NCBI GenBank assembly: GCA_951406725.2
Contig: OX597818.1
Coordinates: forward strand, 115,196,001-115,260,000
DNA: 64,000 bases
Source of the DNA: Octopus vulgaris
Taxonomy: Eukaryota
Direction of reading: 5' to 3'
The notes beneath the pieces were generated by a model. That model was not told the DNA's origin. It saw nothing but the letters and a program-made list of their open reading frames with translations, and made no database searches. The translations under genes and the position numbers were made by a program. This document shows positions 24,769-39,241 of the stretch, piece after piece; position 1 is the first letter of the stretch; each line of letters opens with the position of its first letter.

Positions 24769-25140
24769 TATATACATATGTTATTTAGAGATAGAAGTCC
24801 GCATGCAATTCATCAAATACTAATATACATCACACCATATCATTGAATTTTATTTTAATACTTATTATTTCAGTTCTAAATTTCTCTTCTACACATGTTT
24901 CATGAGGTGCGTTTAACGTTCCTTAGATACGCAGTCTTTTACAGGAACATTTCTTAAACGCAACCCCATATATATTTCCTTGTCGAGAATTATCCATTTT
25001 ATTTGAATCACTGGGACGCCGGAATTTTTATTCCCTAATAAATAAAATAATCCATATATATCTCTGTGTGTGTGCGTGTGTGTCTATGTATGTATGTATG
25101 TATGTATGTATGTATGTATGTATGTATGTATGTATGTATG

Positions 25141-25173
<33 letters not shown>

Positions 25174-25834
25174 GTTTATGCATTCTCTATTTTGGCGCCG
25201 ATATTGATTTCGTTTCCCTTCGTCGTTCCGATTTCGTTTTTCTATCTTCCTCTTAACCGCATTTAACGTATCCGCAGGTAACATTACATATCTCATTAAT
25301 TTCATAGCACGAGTCCCTCTGGTAAGGACAGCTGGAAGCCATCTTATACGATTACAGTATTAGTACTTTAACAGTCATCCCTCATGTTCTCTCTCTTTCT
25401 CTCTCTCTCTTTCTCAGTATATATGTATGCGTGCGTGTGTGTGTCTCTCTGTCTGTGTCTTATGTGTGTGCGTGCGTGCGTATGTGTCTGTCTGTCTCTT
25501 TAACTGGCTGGCTTTCTGTGCGCACGCGTATGTGTATGTGTATTTTTGTTGTGTAATACTCTGAATTTCTCAAAATCCATCTAAATGATCTACTTGTCAT
25601 ACATGAGCAATTACCTTAAAAGTGTATTCTATTTAAATTTACTGATGTCTGATTGTTGGATATAGTGAACCAAATTCGTTTAAAACTGAATGCTAACATG
25701 CGTGCTAACGTTTCTGCCAGGTCGCCGCCTTACGAAAATAATGAAGGAGCCTCAACTTCACATCCGATGTACGGGAGAGGGCGGAGAAATCTTCCTTGAA
25801 ATCTATACCGTACCTTCTTTAAAGTAGTGGTAAT

Positions 25835-25926
<92 letters not shown>

Positions 25927-26419
25927 CAGCAGTACCACCACCAGCAGTTTAGGCAATGTCTATCCTGACTGGACATAACTATGACCAATTCAAAAACATT
26001 CCGCTTATGGCCATCCCTCCTTTTTCTGGAAATGGGTCATTCAAAAGCTACATTTTCAATATGTCTTTTTCCTTTTTTCTAGGAAGAAAGCTGTAATTTA
26101 GGAAAGATTTGGCTATTTTTTTCTCACGCGTCGGGCGACCATGAGTAAAATATTTCATGTTGGCCTCTGTTCACCGTTCCCTAAATCACAATGACATAGT
26201 CTCCATCAGGGTTTCCACGGAATTACAAAGCAGCTTCGTGATTCTTCCGTCTGATAGAATTAATCTTCTTGAGGAGACCATTGCGATTCATGATCACAAC
26301 GGTCCTTTAGGCATTGTAATTAATCTGAACATCTTGAAGACCTGCTACGGATGGTGGGTACGGACTGACTTGAGAGACGCTCATGGTCACAAGAGTTCTC
26401 TAGTGACAGCAATTAAACT

Positions 26420-26670
26420 GTTGTGACTCATGCCCAGGACAGCCTTATACATATAGAAATTAAACCGTTGTGGTTCATGGTCACAAGTCTTCATAAGCAT
26501 ACCGTTGTGACTCATGATCACAACAGCCTTATACATATAGAAATTAAATCGTTGTGGTTCACAGTCACAAGAGTCTTAATAAGCACACCGTTGTGACTCA
26601 TGATCACAACAGCCCCATCCATATCCGTTAGAGTGTTGTGGTTCATAATCACGAGTGTTATAAGCATACA
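26420..26670. repeat. Minisatellite of palindromic motifs (about 85-bp higher-order unit of two related hairpins)
   Basis: gttgtgRYtcatgRtcacaa-like motifs at about 26420, 26467, 26504, 26551, 26590 and 26635. Confidence 0.75.
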
Positions 26671-27766
26671 ATGCATGTCTGCTTTTATTTGCGCTAATTA
26701 GATACGAAAATATTTATTCACTGACGACAGGAGTCTATCTGCGGTCACTTAGTGTGTTAGATAAGCAAACAAATATTCCTCAAACCACACCCGACTCTCT
26801 TTATAACTATAGAGACTTATTTGACACAACGAGGTCCGGGGTATGTTATTTACGAAAATTACAAAAATAGATAAAATGGGCTTGACATGAATAAATTTGA
26901 TCGTTAATAAATTTAGTCATTAATCCGTTTCAACAGAACCTGTTTGGGGTTAAACAACAATAACGAAAACCAGAAGCTTATTTCAAACTTAATAAATGAA
27001 TCACTGTCGCGGTTAAAGTCTAGCGCGTTGAAACTGACGCAGGTGGGATTAAGAACTGGATAAAACCAGATAAAACCAGATACAACCACACAGCAACACA
27101 AAATATCTTGTAAGTTTCTCAAATGGATGTGATACGACCTTAAGTATCCCAGTCGGCCGTGACATTTTCAATTACTTTATCAAACCATTGATTCTGTTCA
27201 TCGAGGTTTTAAAACATGTCCTGACTGGCTCACGTCGGTGACATGCAATTCCCTTGTGTAAATTCTTCTTCTACGATATTGTTTCTCAGAAACTCTAACC
27301 TTCTTACTGAACTAAGTAATACTAGAAGTTTGTTTTTATAACACTTCAAACGACACTTTAATCTTTATACATTTATAGTTTTGTAACCGTTTTATTTTGT
27401 TTTCTTTTATTCCTCATTCACACTGATAATTTATGATAGTGATTTAATTATTTTTAAGCACATTTTTCCGTGTACATATTCTCGCTTAGCTAGGGAATCA
27501 TTGAAACGCCAGCTACATCGCTCTCAAGCCCCACACGTCTGTCTGACATTAAAAGGTGGAACTCATTAGACAATGTTATGACATAGGGAAATTTGATAGG
27601 TATACCTTTTGCATGAAAAACATATAGTTAAATAGAGCTACTTAACTAAGTATTTCCAAAAATGTTTTATCAATTAGAACAACACAGATAATCGAAAGCA
27701 ACGTTACTAGCGTTAATGATAATTCTTATTAAGGAATACAAGACAGATAATCCCAAGATACAAATA

Positions 27767-28136
27767 TTTATATATAAAGCTGAAGTTGTCTGTGTGCAGC
27801 AGGTTTGGTAGCCTTCAACTAACACTATCTCCTCCGAGACCCTGCGGCGCAAGTTGACCAAAATTGAGAGTATGATAGAAGACTTGCTCTTTCTTCCGTA
27901 GAAGAAATAATTCAAATCGAACCATGTAAATATTATTTACATCACAAAGGTGCTTTTTTCTATGAAAATCCCTATTTTTTTACAATTTTTTTTACTGTTG
28001 TATCGCCATTTTTCGCTGTATTTCAACTAGAAAAATGTTCACTTAAAGAGCTACATAATGTAAATTTTTTACTTTTCAAAAATTCCAATTCTAAAGGGTC
28101 GAAACAAACCCGAGCAACGCCGGGCGATACTGCTAG
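27767..28136 (+). mobile_element. Non-autonomous Helitron, same family as 5104-5574
   Basis: tatataaagctgaagttgtctgtg...cccgagcaacgccgggcgatactgCTAG|T. Confidence 0.8.
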
Positions 28137-28594
28137 TTTATAAAAAAATTATTTGAACTTGAAGCGTTGGCATGTAGTAGGGAGTGAATCCAAGCTCTGT
28201 ATGTACTGCAGACATATTCTATCTTATTGGAGTCTATTAGAGAAGTTTATGTATTTAACAAGACCTTCAAATGACTGGAAAAGTACACAGATTTTAAGCT
28301 AATATAAAAAAGTATATTTGTTAGGCATTTCTAATTTTATTACGTAAAAAATTTCGAAGAATGTCTTCTAAATAAAGAACATACAGTTAAATAGATGTAA
28401 AAGTACTTTATTTGCTGAGCATCGCACGAAATGTTTTTAATTATTTTCTTTTCACTAAGGATCTAATTTTAATTCGGTAAAACATTTTAAGCGGAGGAAT
28501 ATTCAATAGACTCGCTTCAACTTAATTGTATAATGTAGTCATGTGAACACTGTTCCTGAAAACAGAAGAGATTGCAATAACGTCACTGAATTTA

Positions 28595-29428
<834 letters not shown>

Positions 29429-29431
29429 CGC

Positions 29432-29594
29432 GGTGCAGCGCGGCTGTGTGGTAAGAAGCAGGCTTACCAGCCACTTAGATCTGGGTTCAGTCCCACTGCT
29501 TCGCACTTTTGACAGGTGTCTTCTACTATAGCCTCGGACCAACCAAAGCCTTGTGAGTGGATTTGGTAGACGGAAACTGGAAAGAAGCCCATCG

Positions 29595-29641
<47 letters not shown>

Positions 29642-29827
29642 CTGTGTTTGTCCCTTCCATCATCGCGTGACAACCGATGTTGGTATGTTTACGTCTCCGT
29701 ACCCAAGCTGTTCGGCAAAAGAGACCGTTAGAATATATACCAGACTTAGAAAGAATAAGTCCCGGGGTCGATTTCTTTGACTAAAAAGCGATGCTCCAGC
29801 ATGGCCGCAGTCAAATGACTGAAAACA
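29432..29827 (+). mobile_element. SINE type B
   Basis: Matches 8871-9262. Confidence 0.8.
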
Positions 29828-29933
29828 TTTTTTTTCCTCTCCTTGTTTCTTTCTCTGTCCCTTCTGTAGAAGAGCGTAGGCTCGAAACGTAAAAGACCTT
29901 TTCAATTCCTGAGCGTTATACTAACACCAATAA

Positions 29934-30165
29934 AGGCGGCGAGCTGGCAGAAACGTTAGCACGCCGGGCGAAATGCTTAGCGGTATTTCGTCTGCGTTAC
30001 GTTGTGAGTTCGAATTCCGCCGAGGTCGACTTTACCTTTTATCCTTTCGGGGTCGATAAATTCAGTACCAGTTACGCACTGGGGTTGATGTAATCGACTT
30101 AATACCTATGTCTGTCCTTGTTTGTCCCCGCTGTGTTTAGCCCCTTGTGGGTAATAAAGAAATAG
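29934..30165 (+). mobile_element. SINE type A, full length, with TSD, nested in a pLTR-like repeat
   Basis: Flanked by gttatactaa (29915-29924 and 30165-30174); the uninterrupted host sequence is seen at about 47200-47390. Confidence 0.85.
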
Positions 30166-30893
30166 TTATACTAATGCATCCATTTGTTTTGTATACCACC
30201 TGTCTTCGTCTTTTGTTTTTTGTTTTTTCGTGAACTCTCCCCCAAAATTTCAGCTTTTGTGCCTATAGAAGAAAGGATATATAGAGGAAGATCTTTAAGT
30301 TATTGTTCATAACAACCTTAATTGTGAATGTAACAAAATTTACAACAGAAGGTTACGGTGAGCACAGTCCTAGCACTGAGCTTTACGGAGACGAGGCACC
30401 ACAATCATGTAAGAATTTTGGATAAGTTCTTTGCCTTTCAAACAAACATTGATGATGACGAACTATAAGTGCCTTTATCTCCCCAAGTGCTTTTATCTCC
30501 CCAATGACTCTCATTCTGTCACCGCTCCTCAGACAGTATCGCCAAATTTTATAGTAAGCACGTACCCTACTACGATATTACAATCTGTATTTATTCCCCA
30601 GGAAATTTCGTATCAAATGCTTTTATGTATAAATATTCTATTGTATAAATTTATAGATACTTTAATGAAGTGGTCATGTTGCTCGTTTTGTTTTGCTTTT
30701 TTTGTATAAAATTTTGTTTCTTTTTCTTTTTGCTGTGTGTGTTTTATTTTTTAAATATCTGTCAGAACGCATTATCATTTTATAACATGAAAATCAGTGT
30801 CAAAATTTATTTTCACGTTATGCAAGTTTTCACGAGAGCATTACTCAAGTAACACGGTGGTTTCATGTATATATTTATTTATATATTTATATT

Positions 30894-30956
<63 letters not shown>

Positions 30957-31365
30957 CATATGTATGAATGTATGTGTGCACGTAAGTATGAATATATATG
31001 CATGTATGTACGTGTGTGTCTGTGTGTATGCATGTCTGCATATATTATGTAAATGTGAAGTCAAGGCCGATTTGAGCTGAAACAAAACAACATCAAAGCC
31101 AACCCCAAAACCCGACAATCAGAAAACAATATTTTTCTTTAGCACCAAAGATATACAATACCTTCTTTCAATTTATTCGCTTTTATCCCTTTATTTATTT
31201 GCGTGTTTAATCATTGTCTGCTTTACTTTTATGTTCTCATAAAATTTTATTATTTCAAAATATTTTTCTTTCATTTTTTATGACTCAGTTGAAGAAAAGG
31301 TTTGACTCCCTGTCGCCCTTTTGCTTCTAGCATGCCATTTATTTATGTTTTGTAGCCGATATACG

Positions 31366-31470
31366 ATATTGCTGCTGCATATTACGTTCTACAATCTAAA
31401 CATAGATTCGCACAAACGTTGCAAGAGTGTATATGCGTGTGTTGTGCATGTACATGTATGTGTAAGTTTA

Positions 31471-31530
<60 letters not shown>

Positions 31531-31650
31531 CATATTACATTCTACCATCTAAACATAGATTCGCACAAACGTTGCAAGAGTGTATATGCGTGTGTTGTGC
31601 ATGTACATGTATGTGTAAGTTTAGTATATATATATATATATATATATATA
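31366..31650 (+). repeat. Tandem duplication of about 125 bp unique sequence plus TA tract
   Basis: atattgct.ctgcatattac...gtgtaagtttag(ta)n occurs twice. Confidence 0.9.
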
Positions 31651-32013
31651 ATGTTGTAGTGCTCCTTATCTGTCTATCTCTCTTTCTCTCTCCCTTCTAC
31701 CCCCCCCTCTCTCTCTCTCTCTCTCTCTCCTTCTTTTTTTTTTTCTCCATCAGACATACTATTCTGAGTTTCATGACTATTGTTGATTATGTGACTGAAG
31801 AGTGAAATACGGAATACAAGATTTATGACAAAGATAAAAGAGTGATCGACGAGTAAACCTGATATAAAACACAAATAGAAACTTGCCTGGACTATAAATG
31901 AATAATTTTTTTTTTTCAAAAAAGGTAGAAAGTAGTAGTTTTTAAGAACATGAAAAATTAAAGTACGATTTAAAATATAAACACAAAAATCTATCACAAA
32001 CATATATGTAAAA

Positions 32014-32098
<85 letters not shown>

Positions 32099-32255
32099 CG
32101 CAGGAGTGGCAGTGTGGTAAGTAGCTTGCTTACTAACCACATGGCTCCGAGCACAATGCCACTGCGTGGCACCTTGGGCAAGTGTCTTCTACTATAGCCT
32201 CGGGCCAACCAAAACCTTGTGAGTGGATTTGATCGACAGAAACTGAAAGCCCATG

Positions 32256-32310
<55 letters not shown>

Positions 32311-32546
32311 CATATGTATATAATCATGAGTATCAAATCCAGATAAATCGTAGATCCGACCCAAGGTTGGTTCCAAGTGTTGCGTAGGAATAAAGAAGAA
32401 CAATGTCGACCTCGGTGGCATTTGAACTCAGAACGTTAAGCTGGAAAAAAATACTGCTAATCATTTTCCCCGGTGCACTAACGATTCTGCCAGTTCGCCG
32501 CCCTAAGGTGAAATGACTATCGATCCGTAATACGGAGCTCGTTTGT

Positions 32547-32927
32547 GGAGGCGCAATGGCCCAATGGGTAGAGCAGCGGACTCGCCGTCGTAGGATCGCA
32601 GTTTCGATTCCCAGACCGGGCGCTGTGAGTGTTTATTGAGCGAAAACACTTAAAAGCTCCACGAGTCTCCAGCAGGGAGTGGTGGCGAACCCTGCCGTAT
32701 TCTTTCACTACAACTTTCTCTCACTCTTTCTTCCTGTTTCTGTTGTACCTGTATTTCAAAAGGGCCAGCTTTGTCACATTCTGTGTCCCGCTGAATCTCC
32801 CCGAGAACTACGTTAAAGGTACACGTGTCTCTGGAGTACTCAACCACTTGGACGTCAATTTCACGAGCAGGCTGTTCTGTTGATCGGATCAGCTGGAACC
32901 CTCGTCGTCGTAACCGACGGAGAGCCA
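32547..32927 (+). mobile_element. SINE type C, full length
   Basis: Flanked by a gagctcgt direct repeat; matches the 15534 copy. Confidence 0.85.
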
Positions 32928-35344
32928 CGACTGAGCTCGTGTGAACCGCTTTAACACGCTTGAATTTATTGGGTTCGACACTCAGACATAACTCGCTAGG
33001 ACAGCGTGCACTTTTAGGGAAACTGTGTCAAGGACAAATATTGGAATATACCCCCTGAAAAAAAACAAAATACAACAGAAATTTCTGAAGAGAAGCCACA
33101 GTGAGATGGTGGATGGGTCGGGAGCTGGGAGGGGTGGCGGGAGCTGGAAGGGGTGGTGGGAGCGGGAGTGGTATTTATACATATCATGCACACACACACA
33201 CACAAAATACACACGCGCGCTCGTAAACTGCCATATTCTGGTATGGGAAAACAAACTAAATATACGAGGTCGAAGTGTGGGGACAGAAAAAGTAGTGAAA
33301 GTGTGAGAGAGAAAGAGAGAAAAAAAGAGAGAGGGGAGAGAGAGAAAGGGCGAGAGAGTGAAAGTTTTGTGTGTGAGTATTTTGGAGGTTGGGTAGAAAT
33401 GTAAAGAATGTGTGAAAATGTAAAAAAAGAAAGGAAGGAAGGAAGGAAGAAGTTCGTGCAGAACACGGTCAGATTAATTGTATGTATAATATTTGTAAAT
33501 GTTCTTGTCCTAATTACGGGATCCCGTAGCATTTCACACAATGTTACATATACACCCACAAAAAAACAAACATATATACATATACATGCACATACATACA
33601 TACATACATACATACATACATACATACATACATACATACATACATACATACATACATACATACATACAGGCATGCGTACATACCAACTTCTGTAAATATG
33701 TACATATGGCGTCAGTCACATCGACATAAGCAGACTATTCACCTTTCTGAAATAGATTCTATTCCCAAGAATTTCTGCCACTGATACAAGCATGGTAAAA
33801 GGAAATTGGTTATCTTTGAATAATTACAAAGAAGTACCCTTTCTTTACGGAAGATTCCAGCTGCTATCAAGTGAAAAAAAATTCAGTAAATCTCAACGTA
33901 TGAGATTACTACAATGTATGCCATGGCTGGACATGAAATTTGGGTCAGCTATCGCAGATTATGGGACTCTCGGGAGAAATTTCTGTAGAATTTTGAACTG
34001 AAACAAAATCCTTTAAAATTCTACAAAAAGAAGATTCTTCGATGAAAAGAATGAGGAATGGCTGGGATCTAAAGTATCCCAACAAATCGAACTTTAATAC
34101 CAAATAACTGCACCAGCAAGTAACGTTCGTGGAGAGAAAAAAAATTAGTCGTTATCCGCACAGACAGACGTTATCTCATGACAAATAAGAATTGGATTAA
34201 ACCAGCTACTTCTTTTCCGGAGAAGATCTTAAAGAATACGAAGCACAACAGAGATGCACATGGCTAGATGAACTACGGAGTCAACAGAGTGCAAACGTCT
34301 CACCCCAGACATTTAGTATCAACAGTAAAACGCTTTTTGGCAGTTGCTGCAAAAGTGCCGAACTGGGAAATCAACTGGGAGTTGTCTTGATAGTTGGATG
34401 TTTGTGCAGAAAGCTCACAATCTACAGGGAAGCCCTCGCTAACCTGTTTAAAAAAACAATGACCGTTAAGAGTGACTTGGTGAAGTGGTTGGCAGCTGTT
34501 TGTTCAACACCTGTAGCTAAAAACAAAGTGATGCATTTGACCAAAAGCTACAGGCCCATAACGTGTTTCAATGTACTGTATGAATTATGTGCTGCTTGTT
34601 TGAAAGCCTCCATTCAATATCACTATGTAGTAAATGAAGAGCAAACAAGAAGGACCTGTGCTTAAGGAAGTGTAGCAGCACCACCGAAACCTGGTGACTG
34701 TATGGCTAGACTATAAGGCGCTGGCGTCTATTCCTCACTCAAGGGTTATTCAGTAACGATGCCTTGCTAAGGCAGCAGCAGTTATAAGCAATGCTATTAA
34801 CAGTCTGACAACATGATCTACAGAGCTATTGTTACGTACTGAAACTACAGTTATAATCGCTAATAGAAGTGAGTTATTAACGGGAATATGTCAGAGCGAC
34901 AGCTTATCTCTAATGCATTTTGTCTTCGTAGTGTACCCCTCGTATGCCCTGTTAAGGAAATACAAAGGCTCCATAATAACAACTGCAGATGAATGAAAGT
35001 TTAACTTCACCCATATCCCTTTCCTTGATGACCTTCAGCTCTGCTCCAATAATATTCATGACACTAAAATGCAGTCAAATCAAGTCACATTCTCACGGGA
35101 CATGGGACGGAATTTAATCAGGGCAACTTTTCATATTTAACAGTGAAACGAGGAAAGATTTTTAACATAAATATCAAAGGTCTGTCTGTCTACCCTATTA
35201 CCGGTGATGAATGTTACACATACTTTGGAATCGACAAAAATATTGCATATATTGGTGTTGTGAGAGAAACTGGAGCAGCAAAAGAACTGTTCAATAGACT
35301 TGAAAAAATATAGAAATCAAAACTTTCTACATTCAATAAAATTA

Positions 35345-35910
35345 TTGGGTTGTCCGGAAAGTTCGTGCCGATTTTTAAGGAAAGAAAAAGGTCAATAAAT
35401 ACTTGCCATTACATTTTTAATCAACCAAATATGAACCATTTTGTTGCACAATGCGTCTCCATCTTTCCTTTAACTTGAAAATACCCTCTTCCCAGAATTG
35501 AGGTGGTTTCATGGCAAAAAATTCATCAAGGTATCTTTTTACGTCATCCAAGGAATTGAAATTTTTACCATTAAGACTATTCTGCAGAGACCTCAATAAG
35601 TGGAAATCCAAAGGAGCAATATCTGGTGAATATGGAGGGTGGGAGTAACACATCCCAGCCGAGCTGCAGCAATTTTTGTCTGGTTCCCAAAGCGTCAAGT
35701 GCCGCAAATGAACTTTCTTATCTTCCATTTTAAAGGGTTACAGAATTAACACAGGTTATATTAACATAAACCTTCTTCCACGAAAAGATAGCTTAAACTG
35801 TGCTCTAAATGGAGGTGTAGTCAAATCCTATTTTAAGGACTCAACCATGTTCTAAAATAAGTCGAAATGTAAGCGACTATAAATCGGCACGAACTTTCAG
35901 GACAACCCAA
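35345..35910 (-). mobile_element. Internally deleted mariner transposon
   Basis: 30-bp TIRs ttgggttgtccggaaagttcgtgccgattt / aaatcggcacgaactttcaggacaacccaa with TA on both sides. ORF 35417-35728 joins an N-terminal stub to HPPYSPDIAPLDFHL...GIFKLKERW. Confidence 0.93.
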
Positions 35911-36843
35911 TATATCTCACAATGTTTTCGCAGCGCCTGTGCTAGTATCAACACGTGGGATATTAAACTGGAGACTTGAAGAAATCTGAAGAAAATTAAG
36001 ATATTAACAGTTACTGGCAACTCGCATATCAACAGCGATGCTAACAGGAATCTATGTTAAAAGGAGGGACGGATGTAGAGAAGCACGATCCAGACGGCCT
36101 TTGAGTGTTGCATTGTGTCACTTAGACAACAACTACAGAACTGTGTAGAGAGAAATGAGTACATCGCATGTATACTCAACAGTGGAGGTAAGAATATCAT
36201 GAGATTAGGGGCAAAACTGAGACCCTGAATAATTCCAAGTTTATAGCAAGAATGGCTGAACAAACTTAAATAGAAACTTGAAAAAAAATATGCACGAACA
36301 CTTCCCGTACGATAGAGAATGCCATCAACATTGACAGGAATAACTTCCGCTCATAGACCTGTGATAAGCACATCATATCTTAAAGAACAGGAAACAGCTA
36401 CTAAATACTTGATTAACAAAAGCAATAAGATGTTTCTAAACCGGCACGCTGTGGTCGGAAGTAGAAAGATTGTCTAAAAAGTAACTGCAAGGTTCTACAT
36501 GACATTGTCGCTAAGACGGTCCTACAATGCCATACGCAGGAAGGGTTGTTCCGCCTGCCATAGCATTGTAGAGATCAGTTGCCCAGTGGATATGAATGGT
36601 TCTTTAAAAAATTAAGGAAATAAAGAACACCTATGATTAAGTGATTATAAACCTGTTATAGATTTTCATTTCTTCCCGTTATCATAAGTGTACAGGATTG
36701 TGTAACAACACAGATCTTCATAGAAACCTAGAAATGCTTGAGTTGTCCAAAAATAAGTTGAAGGTCCTACCTTCTCATGAGACATGACATTGTCCGACAT
36801 TCTACCCGATCTACCATTTGACTGTACTTACCTAAGTTTAGTG

Positions 36844-37186
36844 AAGGCGTATGGCTCAGTGGTTAGAGCGTCTAGCTTACGATCGTGGGTTTGTGAGCTC
36901 GAATCCCGGACTGGGCTGCGTGCTGTGTTCTTGAGCAAGACACTTTATTTCCCGTTGCTCCTGTTCACTTCACTCAGTTGTAGAAATGAGTTGCGACGTC
37001 ACAGGTGCCAAGCTGTATCGGCCCCTATGCCTTCTCCTTGGGTAACACTTGTGGCGTGAAGAGGGGAGGCCGGCATACATGGGCGACTGTTGTTCTTCCA
37101 TAAACAACCTTAACCGGACTTGTGCCTGTGAGGGTAACTTTCTAGGTGCAATCCCATGGTCAGTCATGACCGAAGGGGAGGGTCTC
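36844..37186 (+). mobile_element. SINE type D (tRNA head, gtgttcttgagcaagacac domain)
   Basis: A box tggctcagtggttagagcg and B-box-like gctcgaatccc; central domain shared with 51293. Confidence 0.72.
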
Positions 37187-37194
37187 ATATATAC

Positions 37195-37244
<50 letters not shown>

Positions 37245-37953
37245 CTTCAGTAGTTGTCTAAAAAATAACTTCAAGGTCTTACCTTCTCATGAGACATGAC
37301 ATTGTCGCTAAGACGGTCCTACAATGCCATACGCAGGAAGGGTTGTCCTGACTGCCATAACCAAAGGCACATCAAAACCAGAAGGTATCCACACTTTTAA
37401 AATTATAGAACACTGACAGGACATACCCATAAAACGGCGACCCATGAAAACACCTCAAGCCAGACACGGTTGAATGGGAGAAGGAGAAAAAGGCACGCAT
37501 CGTTGTATGACTCTTCAATGATCGGGGAAAGAAGAACTACTTTGAACAAAATGATGAGGAACCTGCAGCCTTTGTATCCATGTTATAGATTTCCATTTAT
37601 TGCTGTTACCATAAATGTCCAGGGCTTGTGTAACAACGGATATGCATAGAAACCTAGAAATGGTTGAGTTGTCCAGAGAAAGCTGATTCGCCTCCTCCGA
37701 CTACAATCGATGAGAGAAAACACATTTTCGGGATTCTCCGCTTGATGTTCCTGCCTGAACATATACACACAATTATATAGACATATGGAACAGACATGAG
37801 GGAGGGTGGGAGACACATATATAGTAATTAGGAGACACTCATAAACAGATATGAGGGGACACGCATAAACGTTAACGAAACAGAGTCTTGCGTTCTGTCG
37901 TGACACGCACACATACGAGTACAACTTTATCCACACACACATACATACATACA

Positions 37954-37984
<31 letters not shown>

Positions 37985-38073
37985 CTATGTGTATATGTAT
38001 ATATATATATATATATAAATACATACACATACATACATAGATACATACACATACATATATACATACATACACA

Positions 38074-38139
<66 letters not shown>

Positions 38140-39173
38140 CACATACATAGATATGTACAAATAAATGCCTAAATATACATATTCATAGGAATGTCTGTCT
38201 TTCTGTCTGTCTGTCTGTCTGTATGTATGTATGTATGTATGTATGTATGTATGTATGTATGTATGTATGTATGTATGCGCGAATGTCTGTGTTTATGGAT
38301 ACATACATATATATAGCTTTAAAGAGCAGCATACATCTCATACGCACATAGAAATAGCTAAAATGTTGCACAAGAAGTCAGGAACTATGGTAATGCAATG
38401 ATGAAAAGCAAAAGATTCGGTTCCAATTTCTGGAAAATAAATCAACAAAATTATGGGTGAGAGAGACAGAGAGGGAAAGAAAGCGAAGGAGAAAGAAAGT
38501 GGGGGTTCATATCTAAGAGTACGCGCGCTCAGACGAGAAAGATGAAAGAAAATGGGTGAGCAAAGAAAGAGAGAAGGTTTGTGAAGAATGAGAGTATAAG
38601 GAAATATAGAAACGGAGAGAAGAATACGGGAAAGAAACTAAAGATGGAATAGTTAATTAGAGACGATAATTATTTCTTGCGTAAATGCGATGTCTAAATT
38701 ACGATATTCAGTATTGAGTTTCGTATTTAAATATATCTTCAGTTCATATCTTGCTTCGGGTTATTTTGTTCTTCCAACCCTCTCACTGGTTCATAGAATA
38801 AGAACCAGGTAAATAGTAGGGTGTCAGGGTGTCGCAGTTGTAAAATTGAGTTCAGCAGTCTTTCTTCCAAACCCGACCCTCGCCTTCCGAACTTGTGGAT
38901 TTGTGCCAATGTTAGAAACCATTAATTATTCAAGTTAACGGCGGAATCTTCACACGATCACTTGACCCGCTAAAAATAGCAACCAAATATCTTTCAAATC
39001 ACTCACATATATATAGGCGCAGGCGTGGCTGTGTGGTAAGAAGCTTGCTTCCCAACTACATGGTTCCAGATTCAGTCCCACTGCATGGCACCTTGGGCAA
39101 GTGTCTTCTGCTATAGCCTCGGGCCAACCGAAGCCTTGTGAGTGGATTTGGGAGACGGAAACTGAAAGAAGCT

Positions 39174-39241
<68 letters not shown>

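Larger units (their letters stand above)
33730..37800 (+). mobile_element. Long degenerate R4/Dong-like retrotransposon (RT, RHD motif, RLE remnants), interrupted by a mariner and a SINE
   Basis: RT remnants YRPITCFNVLYEL (about 34550), GICQSDSLSL (about 34885), HIPFLDDLQL (about 35012), YTYFGID (about 35215); RHDIVAKT repeated at about 36500 and 37290; (CATA)n at both ends. Confidence 0.75.

Noticed and set aside
26420-26670. CRISPR-like array
   Set aside because: Spacers are themselves repeated, the repeats alternate between two variants, there are no cas genes and the context is eukaryotic.
32547-32620. tRNA genes at SINE heads (also 36844, 42379, 51293, 63754)
   Set aside because: A and B boxes are present but there is no complete cloverleaf; each continues into a SINE body, some with TSDs.
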